A DNA stretch of 64,000 nucleotides from an uncultured Candidatus Binatia bacterium (GTDB lineage: Bacteria > Desulfobacterota > Binatia > Bin18). The stretch spans positions 352,001-416,000 of the forward strand of contig OZ241744.1 of the NCBI GenBank assembly GCA_965200965.1, read 5' to 3'. The notes beneath the pieces are model-generated. The model had not been told where the DNA came from, did not search any database, and saw nothing but the letters and a program-made list of their open reading frames with translations. The position numbers were made by a program, and so were the translations under genes. This document shows, piece after piece, positions 37,963 to 49,194 of the stretch (the first letter of the stretch is position 1; each line of letters begins with the position of its first letter).

Positions 37963-39540
37963 TTATTCCAGGTTGGCTTCAATCAGCAGCGGGCCCGGGG
38001 TCTGAAATCCATAGCGCAGGGCGTCGTTCAGCTCCTCGGCGCTATGCACCGCCCGGGCCTCAACCCCAAAGCCTTCGGCCAGCTTCACAAAATCAAACAC
38101 CGGCGAGTCCAGGCCAGTCAGCGACAGGCTGGCTTGGCCCGGGGTGATCTTGGCTCGTTCCAGCTCCCAGCGCAAAATGGAGTAAGCCCGGTTTTTACAA
38201 ATGATAGAGGTGACGTTCTGTTTTTCGCGGGCCATCGTCCATAGTGCCTGGATGGTGTACAGGGACGAGCCGTCGCCCTCGAGGCACACCACCGGCCGGT
38301 CCGGGGCCGCGGCGGCCGCCCCGGCTGCACACGGCAAGCCCTGGCCGATCGAACCGCCGGTCAGAGCCATATAGGTGAAGGCCGGCGCACCGGCGGCCAT
38401 TGGATAATAGGCAAAGCCGGCGGTCGCTCCCTCGTCCATCACAATCGCGTTGTCGGGCTGGAGGGCGGCCACCGCCTGGCACATGGTGAGCGGCGTCAGC
38501 GGGCCGGTCGGCGGGGCAGGGCGGTCGGGGGTAGGGGCCTGGCGTTCCGGTGGGGCGTTGAGGGCATCGGCCAGGGCGATGACCGCGGCCGTGGGATCGA
38601 CCGCGGTACCACACACCTCAATCAGTTCGGCCTCTTCAGCGTACAGACCGCTGCGGTTGTTGGGATAGCCAAAAAAGGCCACCGGCTTTGCGGCTCCGGC
38701 CAGCGCCAGGCTTGTATACGGCTCCAGGACTTGGCGGGCGGCCTCTGGGGCGTAGGGGATTTTGTCCGGGCAGATCAGCCCCCGTCCCCGGTCCTGGACC
38801 GGCGGAAAGGTCGGGGCTAAGACCTTGCAGCCGGTGGCTTGGGCGATCCGGTCGGCGGCCCGCAGGCCCGCGGCTCGTAGCGCGCTGCCGCCCAACACCA
38901 GGGCTGCCCCGGATCGACTGAGGGCCCGCGCCGCGTCCTCGACCGCCTTGGGCTGGGGCGGGGCCGGTTGCGAGAGCGTGGGTTGGGGGAGGGGGGAGCT
39001 GAGCTTGGCCCACTGCATGTCGCCGGGCAGGATCAGCGTGCCCGGGCCGCTCGGCCGCCGGGCGGCTTTGGCAATCACCTCGGCCATGTCCGCGGCCACA
39101 TCCTCCAGCTTGGCTGGGGTTTTGACAAAGTGAGCCATCGGCCGGGCCAGGGTGGCGATATCGGAGGTCAACGGCGCGTCCGCGGCGATATGCCAGGTGG
39201 CGTGCTCTCCAACGACCGAAACGACGGGCGAGTTGGCTTTGCGGGCGTTGTGCAGATTGGCCAAGCCGTTGGCCAAGCCCGGGCCGAGGTGGAGGAGGGC
39301 CAGGGCTGGCCGGCCGGTGATCCGGGCATAACCGTCCGCGGCACCGGTACACACCCCCTCGAAGACGGACAGGACCGACCGGATTTGGGGACAGCGGTCA
39401 AGCGCTTCCACCAGATAGAGTTCGGTCGTGCCTGGATTGGCAAAGCAGACATCAATGCCGGCCGCGGCTGCCGTCCGAATGACCGCCTCTGCCCCGGTCA
39501 TTTTGGCGCGCGGTTGTGTCGCAGTGCGTTCGGTCGCCAT
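37963..39540 (-). CDS. ThDP-dependent acetolactate-synthase-like protein
   Basis: Motifs FANPGTTE, GAADGYAR, LHLGPG..N, ThDP motif GDGS...N; AGGAGG RBS. Confidence 0.88.
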   Translation of the reverse strand: MATERTATQPRAKMTGAEAVIRTAAAAGIDVCFANPGTTELYLVEALDRCPQIRSVLSVFEGVCTGAADGYARITGRPALALLHLGPGLANGLANLHNARKANSPVVSVVGEHATWHIAADAPLTSDIATLARPMAHFVKTPAKLEDVAADMAEVIAKAARRPSGPGTLILPGDMQWAKLSSPLPQPTLSQPAPPQPKAVEDAARALSRSGAALVLGGSALRAAGLRAADRIAQATGCKVLAPTFPPVQDRGRGLICPDKIPYAPEAARQVLEPYTSLALAGAAKPVAFFGYPNNRSGLYAEEAELIEVCGTAVDPTAAVIALADALNAPPERQAPTPDRPAPPTGPLTPLTMCQAVAALQPDNAIVMDEGATAGFAYYPMAAGAPAFTYMALTGGSIGQGLPCAAGAAAAAPDRPVVCLEGDGSSLYTIQALWTMAREKQNVTSIICKNRAYSILRWELERAKITPGQASLSLTGLDSPVFDFVKLAEGFGVEARAVHSAEELNDALRYGFQTPGPLLIEANLE

Positions 39541-39657
39541 AGCAACTCCTCCTCTCTCCGAAACCATGCTGGACAGGGGCCGGGGAGTCAACCGTCGGGG
39601 GCCCGGCCGGGAGCCTGGACAGGCAGGGAGATTTTTGGCACTTTGCTCTACGCTGCC

Positions 39658-40542
39658 ATGCACCTGGAAACCTTCAAAGTCTTCTGCGATGTGGTTGAAA
39701 CAGGCAGTTTCTCGAGGGCCGCGGCCAAGAACCTGCTGACCCAATCCGCGGTCAGCCAGCAGATCCGCAGCCTTGAAGCCCACTATGACCGGCAGCTCGT
39801 TGAACGCACGCGGGGCCGCATCCGGCTTACCCAGGCCGGGGAAGCCCTGTACCAGGTCGGCAAGCAGATATCCCAGAAGTACCGCGAGATTGAAGAGGGG
39901 CTGCAAGCGCTGTCGAACGCGGTGGCCGGCAGCGTGCGTGTGACGACCGTCTACAGTGTTGGGCTGTATGAACTGTCGGCCCCGCTCAAGCGTTATCTCC
40001 AGACCTTCCCCGAGGTCGAGGTTCACCTTGAGTACACCCGGGTCAACAAAATCTATGAGGATGTGAGCCGCGGAGACATTGACCTGGGTATTGTGGCCTA
40101 TCCCAACAAACGGCCCCAGATTGTGGTCACACCGTTTCGGGAAGATCGGCTGGTGCTGGTGTGCGCCCCCCAGCACCCGTTTGCCGCGCTCGACAGCCTG
40201 CCGATGAAACAGCTCGACCGGAAGCAGTTTGTCGGCTTTGAGCGTGATATTCCGACCCGCCGGGCGCTTGACCGGATCTTTCGCCGCCACCATGTCCGGG
40301 TCCAGTACACTACCGAGGTGGACAATATCGAGACGGTCAAGCGGATCGTCGAACTCGGCTCAAGCCTGGCCATCGTGCCCGAGCCGAGCATCGCCCAGGA
40401 GGTCCAGAATGCCACCCTGAAGGTGATACCGTTTGCCGACGAGGTGGTAATGCGACCGCTGGGGATTATCTCCAAGCGGGGCCGGCGTTTCACCCCCGCG
40501 GTCCAGGAGTTTGTGAACTTCCTGCGGGAGGTGTCAGGCTAG
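39658..40542 (+). CDS. LysR family transcriptional regulator
   Basis: HTH motif SFSRAA....TQSAVSQQI..LE, LT.AG; divergent from the ThDP enzyme. Confidence 0.93.
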   Translation: MHLETFKVFCDVVETGSFSRAAAKNLLTQSAVSQQIRSLEAHYDRQLVERTRGRIRLTQAGEALYQVGKQISQKYREIEEGLQALSNAVAGSVRVTTVYSVGLYELSAPLKRYLQTFPEVEVHLEYTRVNKIYEDVSRGDIDLGIVAYPNKRPQIVVTPFREDRLVLVCAPQHPFAALDSLPMKQLDRKQFVGFERDIPTRRALDRIFRRHHVRVQYTTEVDNIETVKRIVELGSSLAIVPEPSIAQEVQNATLKVIPFADEVVMRPLGIISKRGRRFTPAVQEFVNFLREVSG

Positions 40543-40667
40543 CGGCAATGTCCCTGGAATGTGTCCGTGGCGTCAGCCCCAGACGTAGCGTGCAGCTTTG
40601 GCCGGCGGGTCTCTGGTCGTGCTGACGGTCCTGGCCTTCCACAGTTGTCGGGGGTGGTGGTAGGGAG

Positions 40668-42792
40668 TTGACGGTGTTCAGCGTGCGGATTGTCATAGAC
40701 TGGACCGTGTGGGTCCGGCTGCTCGTGGCCCCGTCGAGCTATCTGTTGGTGCTGGCTCTGCTGGCCACGGGAATTGCCAAGACGGTCAGCCTGCTGGCCC
40801 TCCGGCCAGCGGTTGAGTGGTGGGCACTGCCCAGCGCAGTCTTGCTTGACTGCGCAGTGTTCATGGGGCTGGCGGGGGCCTTTGCCTGGTGTGAAGCGTC
40901 TGTACGCTTCGCCGCCTGCGTGACTGTCCCCGTGGTCGCGGTCGTGACTGTGGTGGCTGCCCTTAACGCCGTCTACCTGACTGGTACCGGCGAACAGTGG
41001 AGTTGGTTTATTATCGAGATACTCGTCAAGCAGTCGGCTGAGGCCGAAACGGTAGTGCGCGGCACTCTTACGCCCCTGCTCGTGGTCTGGCTTGGGCTGG
41101 TGGTCATGCTACTCGTTTGTATGTCCCTAGCCCTGCGTCTGCTGCTGCGGCATCACACGGGAGCCTGGTACCGGCGCGGTCACGGTCGGGCGCGGGCCTG
41201 CTGTGCGTGGCTGTTGGCCGTGCCGGCCGCACTGCTGAGCTACGCGCTGCCCCCTCCGGGTTCGGGCGGCGTGCGCAGCCTGGAAAAGAATGTGCTTGTC
41301 ACTATCGCCCGGACCGCGGTCCGCCGGTTCGACACGGGCGGCTTCACCGGCTATGAGCACAAGCGCTTGGTGAGCGACACCGCCATAGATGCCTTCGCGT
41401 CGGGCGCACGTCCAAATGTGCTGTTTTATTTGCTTGAATCGACGCGCTACGACCACACCTCATTGGCCCCAGTCGGAATGCGACAGGCCGAGACGCCGGT
41501 CCTCGCCCAGTTAGCTGCGCGGGCCGTGGTGGGCCATCAGGTCCGCGCCGTGTTGCCGCACACCACCAAGTCGCTGTTCTCGATACTGTGCGCGCGGCTC
41601 CCCACGATGCAGCGGGGCGTGATTGAGGTTTCGCACAATCCGGGGCTTCAGTGTCTTCCGTCTATCTTGCGGCGCGCCGGCTACCGCACGGCGTTTTTTC
41701 AGAGCGCGTTCGGCTCCTTTGAGCAGCGGCCACGGCTGGTCAAGAACTTCGGTTACGAACACTTCGAGGCGTGGGAGGACCTCCGGGGTGCGGGAGGGGG
41801 AGAGGTCCTCGGCTACTTGGCCTCGGAAGACGACGCGTTAGCCCCGGCGTTGGCCCGTTGGCTCGACGCGGGTGACGGTTCGCACCCCTTTTTCGCCACG
41901 CTCCTCACCTCGGCGGCCCACCACCCGTACCCAGTTACCACGCAAACTCCGCTCGCGCCTCGCCGGAGGGCAGCCGACTGAGACACCGGCGCAGCGCTAC
42001 GCACATCTGGTGGAAGAAGCCGACCGGGTGTTGGGTCTTCTACTCGAGGTGTTGCGCGAGCGGAAGCTCCTTGACGACACCCTGATCCTGGTGGTCGGAG
42101 ACCACGGCGAGGGATTTGGCGATCAGGTTGTGCTCCACCATGACAACAACTGGTTTGAAGAAGGGTTGCGGGTCCCGCTGGTGTTGGCGGGACTTGGCAT
42201 CACACCGGGGCGCATTGACCAAAATGTCAGTCTGATTGATATCACGCCTACGCTGCTCGCCCATTGGGACATAGAGATTGTGCCCGAGTTGCGCGGCAGA
42301 CTGTTGGGACGTGATTTTCTTGAGCCCGGGTTTGACACCCGCGGGATCCCGCGTTTTTTTGGCTGTTCCAGTGCCATGCGCTGCCGTGGTTTCGTGCTTG
42401 ATCGGTATAAGCTGGTCTATATGCCGGAACACGATGAGACTTGGGTTTTCGACTTGGCCGCCGACCCCGACGAGCGCACGCCCCGCGTGGCCGATGACGA
42501 TCTCCTCAAACATGTTGGGCGCTTGCACACACTCATTGACGGCCATCGCACATCTGAGTGGCGGATGGTGTATGAGGAGGTTGCCTATGGTGACTGGCTC
42601 TGTCCCGAGGGGGTGGATCAATGTTGGCATCCAGAGGCGACGGATGTGCGGTATCGGCTCAAGGTTGAGGAGGGCAAGCGGGCTTTTGACCCGCTTGGAG
42701 TGAAGGCGTGTGGACATTTGGGCTTCTCCTGGCTGGAAAGTCCTGATTCCCCTGCAACTGTGGTGAAATGCAAGACGAACGGGTTGTGGTGA
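40668..42792 (+). pseudogene. Membrane-anchored sulfatase/LTA-synthase-like protein with a +1 frameshift at about 41931
   Basis: TM N-terminus, PNV...LES, PHTTKS, HHPY; continues in another frame (D..LG, DDTLI.VVGDHGE.FG, EE..RVPL, DI.PT.L). Removing one C from 41930-41932 restores HHPYQLP. Confidence 0.75.
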
Positions 42793-43019
42793 GCGATGCT
42801 GCTGTGACCAAGTGCATGAGGAAGACAGCGCCCACGAGGTGAAGCCTTGGGACTATAGTCATGCTTGACCACGTTACGCTGGTACGGTTGGCTGGTCAGT
42901 GCGGACCTGGAGAGCGGCCCCGAGCGGCGGGGTCGGGCTAGACAGGTCTGGTGAATTTTGGCATCCTGACATGTGTTCCGACTCTGTATGAATTGAAGAA
43001 GGCTTTGGAGTAGCAGGCT

Positions 43020-43967
43020 ATGACACGACAGAAAATTGCGCTGATCGGCGCGGGGAATATCGGGGGCACCCTGGCCCACCTGTGCGCCCTCAAGGGGCTT
43101 GGCGATGTGGTTCTGTACGACGTAATTGACGGTCTGCCCCAGGGCAAGGCGCTCGATCTGCTCGAAGCCGGCCCAATTGAGGGCTATGACGTGAACCTGA
43201 CCGGGACTACCAGTTATAGCGACATCCAGGATGCCGACGTGTGCATCGTGACCGCCGGCGTGGCCCGCAAGCCGGGCATGAGCCGGGATGATCTGCTGGG
43301 CATCAACTGCAAGATCATGCGCGAGGTCTCGGAGAATATTGCCAAGTATGCGCCGCAGAGCTTTCTGATCGTGATTACCAACCCGCTCGACGCGATGGTA
43401 ACGCTGGCCAAACGGGTCACCGGCTTCCCCAAAAACCGGGTCGTCGGTCAGGCCGGGGTGCTGGACTCGTCGCGCTACCGGACCTTTATCGCCCAGGAGC
43501 TAAAGGTGTCGGTCAGAAATGTGACGGCTATGGTCTTGGGCGGCCACGGTGACGACATGGTGCCAGTGCGCAGCTACTGCCAAGTCGGCGGTATCCCGAT
43601 TGAGCGGCTGATCCGGGCCGAGCGGCTTGGCGAGATTGAGAATCGGGTGCGTCAGGCCGGCGGCGAAATTGTGGCTCTGCTCAAGACCGGCTCGGCTTTC
43701 TATTCGCCGGCCTCGGCCGCGGTTCAGATGACCGAAGCCTATCTGTACGACAAGAAACACATCCTGCCCTGCGCCGCCTACCTCGAAGGCGAGTATGGGA
43801 TTGAGGGGGTATATTTTGGCGTGCCGGTGAGCATCGGGGCCGGGGGGGTTGAGCGGGTGGTGGACATTGCGCTGAGTGACAAAGAGAAGCAGGAGATGCA
43901 GGTGTCGGTCAGCCATGTGCAGGAACTCGTCGCCGCTATGGATACGGTGTTGGCGCAAAACGCCTAG
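43020..43967 (+). CDS. mdh: Malate dehydrogenase (LDH-like)
   Basis: Motifs [34 protein letters not shown]. Confidence 0.96.
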   Translation: MTRQKIALIGAGNIGGTLAHLCALKGLGDVVLYDVIDGLPQGKALDLLEAGPIEGYDVNLTGTTSYSDIQDADVCIVTAGVARKPGMSRDDLLGINCKIMREVSENIAKYAPQSFLIVITNPLDAMVTLAKRVTGFPKNRVVGQAGVLDSSRYRTFIAQELKVSVRNVTAMVLGGHGDDMVPVRSYCQVGGIPIERLIRAERLGEIENRVRQAGGEIVALLKTGSAFYSPASAAVQMTEAYLYDKKHILPCAAYLEGEYGIEGVYFGVPVSIGAGGVERVVDIALSDKEKQEMQVSVSHVQELVAAMDTVLAQNA

Positions 43968-43982
43968 ACGCGAAGGGAAGAT

Positions 43983-45737
43983 ATGGCACCGGTGCATGAC
44001 ATTCTTATTGTCGGGGGGGGCGGAGCCGGGCTTCGGGCCGCTATTGCCGTGGCCGAAATCAACCCGCAGCTTGACATCGCCCTGGTCTCCAAGGTCTACC
44101 CGATGCGCAGCCATACGGTTGCGGCTGAGGGCGGTACGGCCGCGGTCATCAGAGACAACGACAGTATCGAAGATCATATTAACGATACGATCACCGGCTC
44201 CGACTGGATGGCCGACCAGGATGCGGTTGAGTTGTTTGTCAACGAAGCGCCGGCCGAGCTGATCCAGTTGGAGCACTGGGGTTGCCCGTGGAGCCGTGAG
44301 CCGGACGGCCGGGTTGCAGTGCGGCCGTTTGGCGGGATGCGGATTGAGCGGACCTGGTTTGCCGCGGACAAGACCGGCTTCCACCTGCTGCACGCCCTAT
44401 TCCAGACCTCGCTGCAATACACCTCAATCACCCGCTATGACGAGTGTTTTGCCACCAAGCTGTTGGTTGAGAACAGCCGCTGCCAGGGCGTGACTGCGCT
44501 GGAGATGCGCACCGGCATGGTCCAGCCGGTGCTGGCCAAGGCGGTCATCATGTGTACTGGCGGGGCCGGTCGGATCTTTCCCTTTACGACCAACGGGGCG
44601 ATCAAGACCGGCGATGGCATGGCCCTGGCTTACCGGGCCGGGGTGCCGCTCAAAGACATGGAGTTCGTCCAATACCACCCGACCGGCCTGCCGGGGACAG
44701 GCATCCTGATTACCGAGGCGGCCCGGGGCGAGGGCGGTATTCTGGTCAACAAAGACGGCTACCGTTACTTGCAGGACTACGACCTGGGCAAGCCGCTGGA
44801 TGTGAACGACCCGGCCCATCCGCAGAAACGGACGATGGAGTTGGGGCCGCGTGACAAACTGTCGCAGTGCTTTGTCAAAGAGCACGACAAGGGCAACACC
44901 CTGCCAGGCCCCTACGGGAATGTGGTTCACCTTGATGTCCGCCACCTTGGCGAGGAAAAAATCGACAAGAAGATCCCCTTTGTCCGCGAGTTGGCCAAGA
45001 ACTATGCTGGGATTGATCCGGTCTATGAGCCGATTCCGGTCCGGCCGGTGGTGCATTACATGATGGGCGGGATTCATACCGATATTGAGGCGGCAACCCC
45101 GCTGCCGGGCCTGTTCGCCGCGGGCGAGTGCGCCTGCGTCAGCATCAACGGGGCCAACCGGCTCGGCTCAAACTCGCTCACCGAACTGCTGGTGTTTGGG
45201 GCCCGGGCCGGCCGGGCTGCGGCGACCTTTGCCCAGGAACAGCCGGCGTGTGACACCTCAGCTCTTGAGACCCAGGTGAGAGACGAGCAGACCCGCATTG
45301 AGCGCCAGTTCATCACCAAGACCGACGGCGGCGAGCGGATTGCCAGCCTGCGGGCCGAGATGACGGCCACGATGGAGGCCGGGGCCGGCATTTATCGGAC
45401 CCGGGACTCGCTGCAAGCCACCTGCGACAAGGTGTCCGAGTTGAAAGAGCGCTTTGCCAATATCACCCTGGACGACCGCAGTTTGACCTTCAACACCGAG
45501 TTGACCGCAGCCCTGGAGTTGGAATGTATGCTGGACATAGCCGAAGCCGTGGCCTATTCAGCGGTCGCCCGCACAGAGTCGCGCGGCTCTCATCAGCGCA
45601 CAGACTACCCCAAGCGCGACGATGACAACTTCCTGCGTCACTCAATGGCCTACCGCGCCGCCGGCCCGCCGCGCATAGAGTACCGGGATGTGGTCATCAC
45701 CCGCTGGCCACCCGCGGAACGAAAATATGGAGATTGA
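43983..45737 (+). CDS. frdA: Fumarate reductase flavoprotein subunit
   Basis: [10 protein letters not shown] (covalent-FAD His motif of FrdA type), [27 protein letters not shown]. Confidence 0.9.
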   Translation: MAPVHDILIVGGGGAGLRAAIAVAEINPQLDIALVSKVYPMRSHTVAAEGGTAAVIRDNDSIEDHINDTITGSDWMADQDAVELFVNEAPAELIQLEHWGCPWSREPDGRVAVRPFGGMRIERTWFAADKTGFHLLHALFQTSLQYTSITRYDECFATKLLVENSRCQGVTALEMRTGMVQPVLAKAVIMCTGGAGRIFPFTTNGAIKTGDGMALAYRAGVPLKDMEFVQYHPTGLPGTGILITEAARGEGGILVNKDGYRYLQDYDLGKPLDVNDPAHPQKRTMELGPRDKLSQCFVKEHDKGNTLPGPYGNVVHLDVRHLGEEKIDKKIPFVRELAKNYAGIDPVYEPIPVRPVVHYMMGGIHTDIEAATPLPGLFAAGECACVSINGANRLGSNSLTELLVFGARAGRAAATFAQEQPACDTSALETQVRDEQTRIERQFITKTDGGERIASLRAEMTATMEAGAGIYRTRDSLQATCDKVSELKERFANITLDDRSLTFNTELTAALELECMLDIAEAVAYSAVARTESRGSHQRTDYPKRDDDNFLRHSMAYRAAGPPRIEYRDVVITRWPPAERKYGD

Positions 45738-45739
45738 CA

Positions 45740-46486
45740 ATGGCTGAGCGCAGCATCACGCTGGAGGTCTTCCGCTACCGGCCGGAGGCCACCCCAGAGC
45801 CGACCTTCCAGACCTACACCGTGCCCTACCGTGAAGACTGGGTTGTCCTGGACGCCCTGAACTATCTCAAGGACGAGGTAGACGGCAGTCTGTCCTACCG
45901 CTGGTCGTGCCATATGGGCGTCTGCGGCAGTTGCGGCATGATGATTAACAACGAGCCTAAGCTGAGTTGCGCGGCTTTTCTCAGAGACTACTACCCGGAC
46001 CCGGTCCGGGTTGAACCACTGGCCAACTTTCCGGTTGAGCGGGATTTGGTCGTCAACATGGACGACTTCATGGCCAAACTCAAGGATGTCCAGCCCTGGA
46101 TCATCCGCGACGAAGAAAAACCGGTTGCCGAGGGCGAGTATTTGCAGACGCCGGCCGAACTGGCCAGCTATAAACAGTTCAGCATGTGCATCAACTGCAT
46201 GCTGTGCTACGCCGCCTGCCCGGTGTACGGCCTGGACTCGTCTTTTGTCGGCCCAGCGGCCATTGCCCTGGCCCAGCGCTACAACCTCGACTCCCGCGAC
46301 CAGGGCAAGGACGCCCGGCAAGAGGTCATCTCCAGCCACGAAGGTGTGTGGGAGTGTACCTTTGTGAGCGAGTGTTCTGTGGTCTGTCCCAAACATGTAG
46401 ACCCCGCGGGCGCAATTCAGCAGGCCAAGGCGTCCGGGGCGATTGACTGGTTTAAGTCCATGCTGCTGCCGAGGGGGTCGCAATGA
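45740..46486 (+). CDS. frdB: Fumarate reductase Fe-S subunit
   Basis: Cys motifs [34 protein letters not shown]. Confidence 0.9.
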   Translation: MAERSITLEVFRYRPEATPEPTFQTYTVPYREDWVVLDALNYLKDEVDGSLSYRWSCHMGVCGSCGMMINNEPKLSCAAFLRDYYPDPVRVEPLANFPVERDLVVNMDDFMAKLKDVQPWIIRDEEKPVAEGEYLQTPAELASYKQFSMCINCMLCYAACPVYGLDSSFVGPAAIALAQRYNLDSRDQGKDARQEVISSHEGVWECTFVSECSVVCPKHVDPAGAIQQAKASGAIDWFKSMLLPRGSQ

Positions 46487-46866
46487 CTGAACCCTACCAC
46501 CGCCCGATATCCGCCAGCACTTGGTGGCTCGCCAAGCGCAACTATGTGCTGTTCATGCTGCGCGAGTTGACCAGCGTGTTGATCGCCGCCTTTCTGGTGG
46601 TCTATCTCAGGCAGCTTGGCGCGCTGGCCGAGGGGGCCGAAGCCTACGCCGCCGCGGCAGAGCGGCTGGCCTCACCGGGCTGGATTGTTTTTCATCTCCT
46701 GGCGCTGCTGGCCGCCCTCTACCACAGCATCACCTGGTTCAACCTGACCCCCCAGGTCATTATTGTCCGCCGGGGAGAAGACCGTGTGCCGCCGGTTGTC
46801 ATCGCCGGCTCCCACTATCTGGCCTGGTTGGTGGCCTCGGTGGTGGTTGCCTGGATTGTTCTGTAG
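46483..46866 (+). CDS. frdC: Fumarate reductase anchor subunit C
   Basis: Motifs WW....Y..FMLRE.T and H..TWF...P; three TM segments. Confidence 0.85.
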   Translation: MTEPYHRPISASTWWLAKRNYVLFMLRELTSVLIAAFLVVYLRQLGALAEGAEAYAAAAERLASPGWIVFHLLALLAALYHSITWFNLTPQVIIVRRGEDRVPPVVIAGSHYLAWLVASVVVAWIVL

Positions 46867-46877
46867 GAGTTGACGAT

Positions 46878-47213
46878 ATGGCCAAGTCGGGCGAAGCGTT
46901 TTGGTGGTCCCTGTTTTCTGCCGGGGGAATGGTTGCCGCTCTGCTGGTGCCGATCCATATCGTGCTGGGCGGCCTCGCCGCTCCCCTGGGCTGGGTATCC
47001 GCGGAAGACTTGGCCGGCCTAGCCTCCCATCCGCTGGCCAAGCTCTATCTGCTGGTCTTCTTCTCATTGACGTTTTTCCACTGTGTGCATCGCATCCGCC
47101 ATACCCTGTACGATACGGGCCTGCGCGCCTACCAGACACCGATTGCGGTCGTCTGCTATGGCGCGGCCATCCTTGGCACGGTGGCGACTGTCTTTGTCCT
47201 GCTGGCGATTTAG
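46878..47213 (+). CDS. frdD: Fumarate reductase anchor subunit D
   Basis: Motifs [11 protein letters not shown] and HRI.H...D; AGGAG RBS. Confidence 0.85.
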   Translation: MAKSGEAFWWSLFSAGGMVAALLVPIHIVLGGLAAPLGWVSAEDLAGLASHPLAKLYLLVFFSLTFFHCVHRIRHTLYDTGLRAYQTPIAVVCYGAAILGTVATVFVLLAI

Positions 47214-47227
47214 GCGAAGGGGTGTGT

Positions 47228-48625
47228 ATGAAAACGAGAACCGAGACGGATAGCATGGGAGCAGTCAAGGTTGCCGCTGACCGCTACTGGGGTGCTCAGA
47301 CCGAGCGCTCGCGCACCAACTTCCCGATTGGCGTTGAGCGTTTCCGGTTTACCCGGGCGATCATCCGGGCGATGGGCGTGCTCAAGAAGGGTGCGGCCCT
47401 GGCCAACGGCGAACTGGGCCAGTTGCCCCAGGACAAGGTAGACCTGATCGTCCGGGCGGCCGACGAGGTGATCTCCGGCACGCTTGACGAGCACTTTCCG
47501 CTGGTCGTCTTCCAGACCGGCTCGGGCACCCAGACTAATATGAACACCAACGAGGTCATCTCAAACCGGGCCATTGAACTGGCCGACGGGGAGATGGGCT
47601 CAAAAAAACCGATCCATCCCAACGACGATGTGAACCGTGGCCAGAGCTCCAACGATACCTTTCCGACCGCCATGCACATCGCCGCGGTTGAGCAGCTCGA
47701 AGATGTGCTGATTCCGGCTGTCAGCCAACTCGCCGCCACCCTGCACACCAAGTCCGAGCAGTTCAGCGATGTGGTTAAGGTCGGTCGCACCCATTTGCAG
47801 GACGCTACCCCGATCACCCTCGGCCAGGAGATCGGCGGCTGGGCCGCCCAGCTTGACGCCGCCTTAGCCGATGTGCGGCGGACTATTCCCGGTCTGTGTG
47901 AGCTGGCGATTGGCGGGACCGCGGTCGGCACCGGCCTCAACGCCCATCCCCAGTTTGGCAACTTGGCCGCGGCCAAGATGGCGGCCGAGACCGGCCGGCC
48001 GTTCATCTCAGCCCCCAACAAGTTTGCCGCCCTGTCGGCCCATGACGCGATGGTCACGGCCAGCGCCTCGTTGCGCACCCTGGCCGGGGCCTTAATGAAG
48101 ATCGCCAACGATGTGCGCTGGCTGGCCTGCGGCCCGCGGGCCGGCATTGGCGAGATTTTCATCCCCGAGAACGAACCGGGCTCGTCCATCATGCCCGGCA
48201 AGGTCAACCCGACCCAGTCAGAGGCCCTGACGATGGTTGCCGTGCAGGTGTTCGGCAACGATGCCGCGGTGGCCTTTGGCGGCTCACAGGGTAACTTTCA
48301 ACTCAATGTGTTCAAGCCGGTGATGGTTCATAACGTGCTGGAGTCGGTCCAGCTTATTGCCGACGCCTGCCGGGCCTTCCACGACCACTGCGCGGTCGGC
48401 ATTGGGCCGAACAGGGAGCGGATCGACAGGCATCTCCAGGAATCGCTGATGGTGGTGACTGCCCTCAACCCCCATATCGGCTATGAGAAGGCGGCGGAGA
48501 TCGCCAAGAAGGCGCATCAGGACGGCTCAAGTCTCAGGCAGGCGGCCCTGGCCTTGGCCCATGTGACGGCTGAGGAGTACGATCAATGGGTCCGACCCGA
48601 AGATATGGTCGGACCCAAGGGCTGA
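47228..48625 (+). CDS. fumC: Class II fumarate hydratase
   Basis: Motifs [46 protein letters not shown]. Confidence 0.96.
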   Translation: MKTRTETDSMGAVKVAADRYWGAQTERSRTNFPIGVERFRFTRAIIRAMGVLKKGAALANGELGQLPQDKVDLIVRAADEVISGTLDEHFPLVVFQTGSGTQTNMNTNEVISNRAIELADGEMGSKKPIHPNDDVNRGQSSNDTFPTAMHIAAVEQLEDVLIPAVSQLAATLHTKSEQFSDVVKVGRTHLQDATPITLGQEIGGWAAQLDAALADVRRTIPGLCELAIGGTAVGTGLNAHPQFGNLAAAKMAAETGRPFISAPNKFAALSAHDAMVTASASLRTLAGALMKIANDVRWLACGPRAGIGEIFIPENEPGSSIMPGKVNPTQSEALTMVAVQVFGNDAAVAFGGSQGNFQLNVFKPVMVHNVLESVQLIADACRAFHDHCAVGIGPNRERIDRHLQESLMVVTALNPHIGYEKAAEIAKKAHQDGSSLRQAALALAHVTAEEYDQWVRPEDMVGPKG

Positions 48626-48628
48626 GGC

Positions 48629-48931
48629 TTAGACCGGCAGCTTGGTCATCACCTGCAGGGTTTCGTCTTCAACGCATTCTTCAATCGCCGGGGCCCATTT
48701 CTGGAACTCCGGGTCTTGCGACGCCCTCTCCAGGGTGGTTTGAACGGCGTTGGCGTCGGGCAGTTCCCACACGTCAACAACGGTGTGTAGACGCCCGATG
48801 ACGTTGAAGTAGCTGCCGTGCAACTTCCAGCCGCCGTGCTTCTCCAGCAGCGGGGCCAACTGTCCGAGCACCTCGGTAAACTTCTGAACTTTGCCCGGCC
48901 GCAGCTTGATATGAGCAAACAGATAGGCCAT
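48629..48931 (-). CDS. NIPSNAP-like dimeric alpha/beta barrel protein
   Basis: Motifs LRPGK...F, G.KL.G.Y...IG....VVDVW; GGGAGG RBS. Confidence 0.75.
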   Translation of the reverse strand: MAYLFAHIKLRPGKVQKFTEVLGQLAPLLEKHGGWKLHGSYFNVIGRLHTVVDVWELPDANAVQTTLERASQDPEFQKWAPAIEECVEDETLQVMTKLPV

Positions 48932-48964
48932 AGCGCTTCCCTCCCTGTGTGGAATGATAGAGCG

Positions 48965-48993
48965 ACACTAGCCAAGCAGAAGCGCATCGTCAA
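48965..48993 (-). promoter_or_regulatory. Sigma70-type promoter for the NIPSNAP gene
   Basis: TTGACG-N17-TAGTGT on the minus strand. Confidence 0.5.
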
Positions 48994-49194
48994 GCTGCGT
49001 GAGGCAGCCGCGGGAGGCTGAGGGGGTGATCGGAGACCGTCCGCCAGATGTTCCTCTCTCCCTTTCCACTTCGGCCCTTTGTCCAGTGACTGCAAATACC
49101 ACGGTTACGAGCCTATTTGAGTGCTCTCCCTGATTTATCGTCACAATGAAACCGGCCTTGGTCTGTCGTGCTGCGGGCGCTATCATCCGCTGTC

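Noticed and set aside
37963-40542. Apparent 776-aa ThDP enzyme and 524-aa LysR overlapping each other
   Set aside because: ORF-caller extensions. Motifs and RBS place the real starts at 39540 and 39658. The same applies to the extensions of the aminotransferase, AKR, fumC, mlaF and NCS2 ORFs.
42730-42855. CCCCTGCAACTGT resembling a cobalamin riboswitch core, and GGAAAGTCC resembling RNase P RNA
   Set aside because: The other conserved elements (GGGAA..GGTG, B12 box; RNase P helices) are not found. An Rfam scan would settle it.
48968-49186. 72-aa minus-strand ORF between NIPSNAP and the M28 peptidase
   Set aside because: No RBS or motif, and it overlaps two plausible promoters.
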